Shown here: positions 19,114 to 25,113 of the stretch, piece after piece
Layout: every line of letters begins with the position of its first letter
Position numbering within the stretch: position 1 is the first letter of the stretch
Assembly: GCA_903957465.1 (NCBI GenBank)
Contig: CAJBPJ010000215.1
Span: forward strand, 1-38,249
Direction: 5' to 3'
Length of the DNA stretch: 38,249 bases
Source of the DNA: an uncultured Opitutia bacterium
Lineage (GTDB): Bacteria > Verrucomicrobiota > Verrucomicrobiia > Opitutales > UBA953
Program-made: the position numbers and the translations under genes
Notes under the pieces: model-generated
Database searches by the model: none
What the model saw: the letters and a program-made list of their open reading frames with translations, nothing else
What the model was told of the DNA's origin: nothing

Positions 19114-20069
19114 CGAGTGAGGCGGCGAATGGCACGAAGCCGGGCAGAACGGCTCCGAGGGTTAATGTGGGTTTCAGCTTCTGCCGCCGAGATTGGTTTA
19201 CGTGTAAGCAACTCAGCTTGAACGACTCGCTGGTCTTGTGTGCGCGAGTCATCACGGTCAACAGGGCGACCACTCATTTCATTAAAGTAACGCTTCACGA
19301 TCCGGTCTTCCAAAGAGTGGAAAGCAATGACGGCTAACACACCGCCTGTGGATAAAGCGGCGAATGCTTTGGGTAGCGCTTCTTCAAGGGCACCTAATTC
19401 ATCATTCACCGCGATGCGGATACCTTGAAATGAACGCGTTGCTGGATGATTCCCGCGCGGGCCAGGTGGAGGTGGTGCCGCTTGAGCGATAAGCTCAGCC
19501 AGCGATGCGGTACGCGAAAGTTTACCTGTACCCCTTGCTGCGAGTATCGCACCGACCACGCGTCGCCAGCGAGGTTCTTCACCATAATCGCGAATGGCTT
19601 CTTCGATTTCTTCACGGCTAGCCGACTCGAGAAATTCAGCAGCCGAACGCCCAGACGTGGTATCCATCCGCATATCAGCGGGCCCATCATTACGGAAAGA
19701 GAAACCGCGTCCTGGCGTATCGAGCTGGTGTGAAGACACCCCTATGTCCATCAAAACACCGTCGAAAGACCCCGGGACGCGGTCAAGGTGACGAAAATTA
19801 ATTGGGTAAAACGAAAAACTTTTTTGGAAGCGGCTCGTGATCTCCGCAGCGCGATCTACCGCTTCCGGATCTTGATCGAGTGCGGTGACGTGGGCTCCAG
19901 CTGTTCGCGTTAAAATCGCCGTGGTGTGACCTCCGCCACCAAACGTGCAATCTAAGTACTTACCAGAACTACGTGGAGCCAACAGCACGAGAGTTTCCTC
20001 GAGCAGAACAGGGGCATGGACCGTAGGTGTGAACAAGCTGTGAATAGTGTAAATAGATTTTGGATACAA
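19110..20069 (-). CDS. rsmH: RsmH (MraW), 16S rRNA m4C1402 methyltransferase
   Basis: Motifs: HAPVLLEE, DCTFGGGGH, DIGVSSHQLD, SLEDRIVK. The ORF-track start at 20228 overlaps mraZ. There is no in-frame ATG after the mraZ stop. TTG 20069 lies 1 nt after the mraZ stop, matching the stop-N-start pattern elsewhere in the operon. TTG 20036 is an alternative. Confidence 0.8.
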   Translation of the reverse strand: MYPKSIYTIHSLFTPTVHAPVLLEETLVLLAPRSSGKYLDCTFGGGGHTTAILTRTAGAHVTALDQDPEAVDRAAEITSRFQKSFSFYPINFRHLDRVPGSFDGVLMDIGVSSHQLDTPGRGFSFRNDGPADMRMDTTSGRSAAEFLESASREEIEEAIRDYGEEPRWRRVVGAILAARGTGKLSRTASLAELIAQAAPPPPGPRGNHPATRSFQGIRIAVNDELGALEEALPKAFAALSTGGVLAVIAFHSLEDRIVKRYFNEMSGRPVDRDDSRTQDQRVVQAELLTRKPISAAEAETHINPRSRSARLRAIRRLTR

Positions 20070-20070
20070 C

Positions 20071-20535
20071 TTACAGACCGAGTTGGCGAAGGGCTTCCAG
20101 GATGGCGCGCGTCTGGGGAGAATCGCGATCAGGCCGCGGCGGATTCTGTCCGCGAATATGGAACGTCGTGAATGCGCCGCTAAAAATAACCTCACGACCA
20201 AGATTCGCTTGGGTGACGATACGGTCATTCAATGTGATGCGCCCGGTACGATCGCAACTAACCTCAATGCTGTTCTCACCCAACGTTGTCATCGCATCCA
20301 CTTTTGCAGGATCACTGATCGCAACCTGACGCGCTGCTTCGGCAATACGCGCCACCATCGCAGGCGGAAAAACAATCACACTTCCGACAGCGGGATGAAA
20401 AATGGCTAGGTAACTCTGACTTTCGAGTTCGTCCGACCGCCAGGCCGCCGGAATCGTCACACGATTTTTCTCGTCCACCTTGCCATGGTGGAGGCCTGTA
20501 AAGAGACCTTGATGATGTGGGTTGGGCGTTGACAT
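20071..20535 (-). CDS. mraZ: MraZ transcriptional regulator
   Basis: 154 aa, first gene of the dcw cluster. The first SpoVT/AbrB-like half shows HGKVDEKNRVTIPAAWR, and a second half shows DRTGRITLNDRI. Confidence 0.9.
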   Translation of the reverse strand: MSTPNPHHQGLFTGLHHGKVDEKNRVTIPAAWRSDELESQSYLAIFHPAVGSVIVFPPAMVARIAEAARQVAISDPAKVDAMTTLGENSIEVSCDRTGRITLNDRIVTQANLGREVIFSGAFTTFHIRGQNPPRPDRDSPQTRAILEALRQLGL

Positions 20536-20567
20536 AGCTTATGCCGAGGGAAAGTACCCCCTTTGAA

Positions 20568-20597
20568 CCCACTTTCCCCCACATTGCCCCACTGGTC
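20568..20597 (-). promoter_or_regulatory. Candidate MraZ operator: three GTGGG direct repeats at 10-bp spacing
   Basis: Plus-strand CCCAC begins at 20568, 20578 and 20588. The minus strand reads AGTGGGG-caa-TGTGGGG-gaa-AGTGGGT, 33-57 nt upstream of the mraZ ATG. A TTGACC (-35-like) sits immediately upstream at 20594-20599 on the minus strand. Confidence 0.55.
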
Positions 20598-20639
20598 AAG
20601 CAATTTGCCCCAAACCCTGCCCTTTTACTTACTCACAAG

Positions 20640-20725
20640 CGCGATCCTCGGTTAATTTGTAAATAAAACTACAAATCGTTAATAAACATATATTTACAAA
20701 GTATTTAACACATATTTAACTAAAG
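20640..20725. promoter_or_regulatory. AT-rich island in the divergent mraZ / lipoprotein intergenic region (probable promoter/UP-like region)
   Basis: This stretch is strongly AT-rich in an otherwise ~55% GC window. It contains TTTGTA-N8-TACAAA (20656-20675) and TATTTA(A/C) at 20691, 20702 and 20713 (11-bp phasing). No confident -35/-10 assignment could be made. Confidence 0.35.
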
Positions 20726-20893
20726 GACCGTTTTTTAGGGTCTCTAGCCCTGGCGCGCAGATCTTCCGGCGTTCTTGTAGCAATGTATTAAGATAGTCAT
20801 TACAGAATCGCCTTTCTCGTGTATTTGAGGGCCTGCGGTTTGCATTTGCCATAGGGCTCAGGCTCTGCTTTCACAGTACATCGAACCTACGCC

Positions 20894-21325
20894 ATGAAGC
20901 ACATCCTGCCTATCCTCACCCTCGTCTCAACCTTAGCCATTACTGGCTGCACCACCGCGGTTGGCGTCGACAATCCTGATAACAGCTCAGCGAGCTGGTC
21001 GGGCGGAAGTCTCACAACCACTTACAAGTCCGACGTAACTGCAGTCTTTGTAGCGAGCAAGCGTGCCCTTGATGGCATGCGCGACCTCGGCATCCTTGGC
21101 CGCGTCGGCGAAACCGAGCACCGCTCGGGCGAAGGCGAATTAACCGGCGTGACCGTTTATGCACGTGCGATCGGTGACGTCCAAGTCACAATCGACATCA
21201 GCAAAGCGAGCGACAGCACTACAGGTGCTGACTGCACTTCAACCTCCGTCCGCTGGGGCACCCTTGGCAACTGCCAACAGAGCCAGCAGGTCATTCACCG
21301 CATTACCCAAAGTCTCGGCCGCTAA
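20894..21325 (+). CDS. Small lipoprotein, DUF3568-like
   Basis: 143 aa. Signal peptide with lipobox LAITGC. The C-terminal pattern ..TSVRWGTLGNCQQSQQVIHRITQSL resembles the IRVG..GD...S..I...I ending I recall for DUF3568 lipoproteins; this is from memory only. Confidence 0.65.
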   Translation: MKHILPILTLVSTLAITGCTTAVGVDNPDNSSASWSGGSLTTTYKSDVTAVFVASKRALDGMRDLGILGRVGETEHRSGEGELTGVTVYARAIGDVQVTIDISKASDSTTGADCTSTSVRWGTLGNCQQSQQVIHRITQSLGR

Positions 21326-21347
21326 TTACGGTCGACGGTTTTGAATA

Positions 21348-21381
21348 ACGCCGCCTGGCCACAAGCCTGGCGGCGTTTTTT
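21348..21381 (+). terminator. Rho-independent terminator after the lipoprotein gene
   Basis: Stem acgccgcc(t)ggc / gcc(t)ggcggcgt gives 11 bp with one T-T mismatch. The loop is 5 nt (cacaa) and is followed by TTTTTT (21376-21381). Confidence 0.75.
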
Positions 21382-21402
21382 CTGAACACCTCTTTCACCT
21401 CC

Positions 21403-22512
21403 ATGGGCAATATTCACGGTCATCTATTCCGCATCAGCACTTTTGGCGAAAGCCATGGCCCTGGAATTGGCGTCGTCATTGATGGCTGTCCTCCGCGCGT
21501 TCCCTTTGATCTCAAATTCCTACAAAGCGAACTAGCGCGTCGTCGGCCAGGCCAGAGCGATTTAACGACCGCGCGGAAAGAAGCTGATGCTGTGGAAATT
21601 CTTTCAGGTATATCCACCGATAACCTAACCCTAGGCAGTCCCATTGCCCTGTTAATCCGGAATACCGACCAGCGTCCTTCGGCCTATAAAGAAATGCAGA
21701 AGGCCTATCGTCCTTCGCACGCAGACTTCACCTATGATGCGAAGTACGGGATACGCGCCGTTGAAGGTGGTGGCCGAGCTTCTGCACGTGAAACCGCTGC
21801 GCGTGTCGCTGCCGGAGCCGTCGCTAAGACTATTTTACACCACGCTTGTGGAGCAAAAATTGTCGCTTGGGTCGAAAGCGTACAAGACATTCGCATGCCA
21901 GAGCCTGCGAAGTTGCCAACCGAGAAGTCAGTTGAAGCACACCCTAGTCGTTGCCCGCACCCAGCAACGGCTGCGCGCATCGAAGCACGCATCCGGGAAG
22001 CACGCTCCGAAGGCGATTCCGTTGGTGGCGTCATTCGCTGCGTCATTACCGGATTACCTGCAGGCCTTGGCGAACCCGTCTTTGATCGACTCGAGGCCGA
22101 CCTCGCAAAAGCCATGCTCTCGTTGCCCGCCACCAAGGGATTTGAAATCGGTAGTGGTTTTGCCGGCACATTACTTCGCGGCAGCCAACACAATGACGCC
22201 TTCGTCAAACGCAGCGGACGTATTCGTACAACAACCAATCGTTCAGGCGGAATCCAAGGCGGAATCTCCAACGGCGAAGACATAGATTTCCGTATCGCCT
22301 TTAAGCCGACCGCAACCGTCTTACGTCCACAAACCACTGTAGAGAAGTCAGGCAAATCAACAGAGATCTCAGCTAAAGGTCGCCACGACCCCTGCGTGCT
22401 CCCGCGGGCAGTTCCTATTGTTGAAGCAATGGCCGCCCTTGTTCTCGTCGACCACTGGATGCGTGACCGTGCACAAAATGCTTCGTTTGGTAAGTGCGGC
22501 CGCACCCGATGA
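21403..22512 (+). CDS. aroC: Chorismate synthase
   Basis: N-terminus [26 protein letters not shown]. Internal [14 protein letters not shown] and [10 protein letters not shown]-terminal [18 protein letters not shown]. Confidence 0.95.
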   Translation: MGNIHGHLFRISTFGESHGPGIGVVIDGCPPRVPFDLKFLQSELARRRPGQSDLTTARKEADAVEILSGISTDNLTLGSPIALLIRNTDQRPSAYKEMQKAYRPSHADFTYDAKYGIRAVEGGGRASARETAARVAAGAVAKTILHHACGAKIVAWVESVQDIRMPEPAKLPTEKSVEAHPSRCPHPATAARIEARIREARSEGDSVGGVIRCVITGLPAGLGEPVFDRLEADLAKAMLSLPATKGFEIGSGFAGTLLRGSQHNDAFVKRSGRIRTTTNRSGGIQGGISNGEDIDFRIAFKPTATVLRPQTTVEKSGKSTEISAKGRHDPCVLPRAVPIVEAMAALVLVDHWMRDRAQNASFGKCGRTR

Positions 22513-23219
22513 AAGAACTATGCCTGGTGCTGGGGGTCACAGGCTCTCAGCGCACCGAGATTGCCCAAGATATCGCTACCTATGGTTGGCCAGAAGGACA
22601 AGTCGTGCGCGTTTTCACCCACGGGTTAACCACCGATGAAACCCATTGGTCAAACGTCTCAGGTAAGGTTTCTTTACCGCAACCTGGCGAGGAAAGAGCA
22701 GCCGTATTGGTAACGGATGGCCGGAACTCTCAGATTGACCAACTCGAAGCCCTCATTGCCGCCGCACCTGCTGCAGGCTGGGAGATTAAACGTATCGTCA
22801 CTGTCGTCGACCTTCCCTTGCTGCACCGAAGAGACGTGCTCTTGGATTGGTATCAAGCTTGCTTACATTTTTCAGATGCAGCCGTACTGGTCGGCCGGTC
22901 GGATATTCCCAATGCCTGGCTCAGCAATTTTCTAGAAAAACAACAGTCGGAGTCAGTTCCTTGCCTCATCTTCACTCTACCCAAGCGCGGGGGACTGCCC
23001 AATCCTGCACAAATTATTGAAGGCGACGCCCGGCGAATGAGTCATGTGTTAGATGACCTAGATGCTGTCGATGAAATGGAGTTCGACGAAGACAACTTGC
23101 CCGAAGAACCGTTCGACCTTGTTCGCAAGGTTGATCGATATTTCGAACGCGACATGCATGGTCGCCGCGTGCTAGGACTCGCTGATATTGTTCAGGTCCT
23201 ACGCGAAGAAGGACGCTAA
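22509..23219 (+). CDS. Hypothetical protein with degenerate G3E/COG0523 (CobW-like) scaffold and acidic C-terminus
   Basis: ATG 22509 forms an ATGA overlap with the aroC stop. By-eye parallels to CobW/YjiA-type proteins: [14 protein letters not shown] in the Walker A position (GxxGxGKT degraded, Lys to Arg); [12 protein letters not shown] in the Walker B/switch position; [12 protein letters not shown]...[13 protein letters not shown] resembling vvtvVDa...AD.illnK.D. No CxCC motif. Confidence 0.55.
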   Translation: MKELCLVLGVTGSQRTEIAQDIATYGWPEGQVVRVFTHGLTTDETHWSNVSGKVSLPQPGEERAAVLVTDGRNSQIDQLEALIAAAPAAGWEIKRIVTVVDLPLLHRRDVLLDWYQACLHFSDAAVLVGRSDIPNAWLSNFLEKQQSESVPCLIFTLPKRGGLPNPAQIIEGDARRMSHVLDDLDAVDEMEFDEDNLPEEPFDLVRKVDRYFERDMHGRRVLGLADIVQVLREEGR

Positions 23220-23225
23220 GTCGGT

Positions 23226-23672
23226 TTAAGACTCCGAAAGGACAAGATCCATTAATTCCTCCAAGGAATCCGTGGTATCAAGATGCGGCGCTACAACCGT
23301 CGATTCAGAAAACGCAAAAGCTACCAAAGCATCGGCGTCTTCAAGATGGGGCGTAGAGACAATCACTTTATCATGGGCAGAAATCAAACGGGCAAAATCT
23401 GCTTCGTTGGGATTGAGGCCATCCGAAAGATTGCCAAGAAATAGTGCGAGCAATGCAGCACAACCTGCTAAGGGTGCAGAAATTGAAACCCAACGAATGA
23501 CCTTGCGGCGATGCGTATCGCGCTGGATTGCCACCATTACACGATTGGTAAATCCAGGAACCGTAAGTTCCCGGCGACGACGCAGGGCGTCGCGCAAAGG
23601 GGCTTCTAAGTTGGGATCGATGTCGTCCATAAACGGATGGGTTCTACGATAAAACCCCGTGGTTGGGACCAA
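23226..23672 (-). CDS. Putative single-pass anti-sigma factor (non-ZAS)
   Basis: Lies 3 nt downstream of the ECF sigma gene on the same strand. It has a short cytoplasmic N-terminus, one TM segment (ISAPLAGCAALLALFLG) and an ~70-aa extracytoplasmic tail. There is no HxxxCxxC motif. Start is either TTG 23672 or ATG 23630. The call rests on context only. Confidence 0.5.
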   Translation of the reverse strand: MVPTTGFYRRTHPFMDDIDPNLEAPLRDALRRRRELTVPGFTNRVMVAIQRDTHRRKVIRWVSISAPLAGCAALLALFLGNLSDGLNPNEADFARLISAHDKVIVSTPHLEDADALVAFAFSESTVVAPHLDTTDSLEELMDLVLSES

Positions 23673-23675
23673 GTT

Positions 23676-24260
23676 TCATGAAAGTGTGCGGAATTCATCC
23701 CCCATGGCTTTACGCAACTGTAGGCGTGCTCGGTGCACCCAAGTCTTCACAGAAGGAACCGAGACCTTCATAACCTTGCCAATCTCTTCATAGGAGAGGT
23801 CCTGTTGGACGAGTAAGAGGATGGCGGTGCGCTGTTCTTCTGGCAAAGCCTCCACTGCGTTCAGAAAGGCCTCTTGAATATCCGCAACTGCACGATTGGA
23901 GGCATGCGTATCATCGCCTCGTTCTGGAGCTAACTCCATCGGACTCGTTGGTTTTCGAGCCCTGCGTCGATACTCATTGAGCATCAAGTTGTGCGCGATG
24001 TGAAAAAGGAAGGTGCTGAGTTTGGCCTCTGGTCGCCAACGCGGCGCAGCGCGATGGAGCCTAACAAAAACCTCCAAAGCCAACTCTTCAGCCACCGCTT
24101 GGGCACCCAACTGCGAGGTCAAGAAGCCCACCAGCCGGCCATGATGCCGTTCCACAATCACCCGTAACGCGTCGCCATCGCCCGCCGCAACTAAAAGCAT
24201 TAAACGGCGGTCGTCTGCATCCGGATCCGACTCAGGAACGTCCATGTGATTATACAACAC
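23676..24260 (-). CDS. ECF-type RNA polymerase sigma factor (sigma-70 family, regions 2 and 4)
   Basis: Region 2: EELALEVFVRLHRAAPRWRPEAKLSTFLFHIAHNLMLNEYRR. Region 4 HTH: LSYEEIGKVMKVSVPSVKTWVHRARLQLRK. GTG at 24260; alternative ATG at 24245. Confidence 0.9.
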   Translation of the reverse strand: MLYNHMDVPESDPDADDRRLMLLVAAGDGDALRVIVERHHGRLVGFLTSQLGAQAVAEELALEVFVRLHRAAPRWRPEAKLSTFLFHIAHNLMLNEYRRRARKPTSPMELAPERGDDTHASNRAVADIQEAFLNAVEALPEEQRTAILLLVQQDLSYEEIGKVMKVSVPSVKTWVHRARLQLRKAMGDEFRTLS

Positions 24261-24302
24261 CGAGGTCTATGCCTAGGTTGCGAGAAAATAGATAAATCCG
24301 GG

Positions 24303-25109
24303 TCACTTCGTGGGCGCAGGCGTCGGCGCAGGCTTAGCCGTGGATGGCGCCAAAAACTTCTGAAGAGTTACTGCAGGAATAACCACGGGCACCATGCCTT
24401 CACTGTCACCGTCATCCCCCGTCGTCAGTTTACCTGAAGTCATACCCACAAACTTCCCGTTGGCGCTAAAAACAGGGCAACCCGTGGTCGGGATATGGAT
24501 TGATATAAAGGGACGTGGCTTCGTGAGAACGGCAGCCACGCTGTCGACTTCAACTTTGGCACAACGGTCAAACGACTTGTCCATCCGCCCCAAAACAATG
24601 ACTTCGTCGACGGGCACAACTGTGTCAGTGACTGTTGTATCTATGCATACAAACTTTTCGTCAGCAGGCGCTATCGGTGCAATCAATGCAAGATTAAGGT
24701 CCTTATCTTTCAGGATAACTTTGGCAGGGATCTCAGTGCCATCGGCTAAAACAATGAAGGCCTCTTTTACTTCAGAAACTGCCGAAAGCTTCATGGGGCC
24801 TGCTTGCGTGTTAACGGTGCGACCATTCATCATAGCTGCAGGATCAATCGACGATGCCGCCAGCAATACACGGCCATCCGCAGAAACCACGGTGCCAAGC
24901 TGCTCAAAGGTGCGATCCTGGGTCTGCGCAGGCTGATCCCCAGGCGTAACCGTAATGGTAACCGTGGCCCGGATAGTCACAACCGCATCCGCTAAAGTTT
25001 GGTGAAGTTTACGGGCAGTAACTTCAGCGGGAGTGTCGCCAGGGGCAGCGGCCAAGGCAGACGTTAGACAGAGAAGTGCAAGGAGGCGCATGGGTAATCG
25101 GTTGTACAT
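24303..25109 (-). CDS. Secreted trypsin-fold paralogue lacking the catalytic His and Ser (pseudoprotease)
   Basis: Signal peptide MRLLALLCLTSALAAAPG. It aligns by eye to the protease domain of the upstream gene. GTVVSADGRVLLAASSI replaces GSGSIIDAQGNVLTNYHV (no His). DKDLNLALIAPI matches DAMTDLAVIRL (Asp kept). IPTTGCPVFSANGKFVGM replaces FGGNSGGPLVNAFGKIVGV (Ser to Thr/Gly). Confidence 0.6.
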   Translation of the reverse strand: MYNRLPMRLLALLCLTSALAAAPGDTPAEVTARKLHQTLADAVVTIRATVTITVTPGDQPAQTQDRTFEQLGTVVSADGRVLLAASSIDPAAMMNGRTVNTQAGPMKLSAVSEVKEAFIVLADGTEIPAKVILKDKDLNLALIAPIAPADEKFVCIDTTVTDTVVPVDEVIVLGRMDKSFDRCAKVEVDSVAAVLTKPRPFISIHIPTTGCPVFSANGKFVGMTSGKLTTGDDGDSEGMVPVVIPAVTLQKFLAPSTAKPAPTPAPTK

Positions 25110-25113
25110 AAAG

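Noticed and set aside
21732-22505. 257-aa minus-strand ORF (and the 183-aa plus-strand ORF at 21734..22285) inside aroC
   Set aside because: aroC is unambiguous across this span. The competing ORFs have Arg/Ser/Ala-rich shadow-frame composition with no recognisable motifs, which is typical of GC-rich overlap artefacts.
24249-24254. Perfect TATAAT (minus strand) 3 nt upstream of the internal ATG of the ECF sigma gene, as a possible leaderless promoter
   Set aside because: The -10 to ATG distance is too short for a leaderless start. No -35 or extended -10 (TGn) element is present. It can equally be coding sequence (Leu-Tyr-Asn) if GTG 24260 is the start. I also could not find a convincing ECF-type GGAAC-N16-CGT promoter in 24261-24302 or 27142-27176.
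24394-24936. 180-aa plus-strand ORF antisense to the pseudoprotease gene; likewise 11548..12015, 18200..18760, 14767..15446 and 33642..34061 antisense to murD, ftsI, murF and holA
   Set aside because: No motifs, biased shadow-frame composition, and each is fully contained within a well-supported gene on the other strand.
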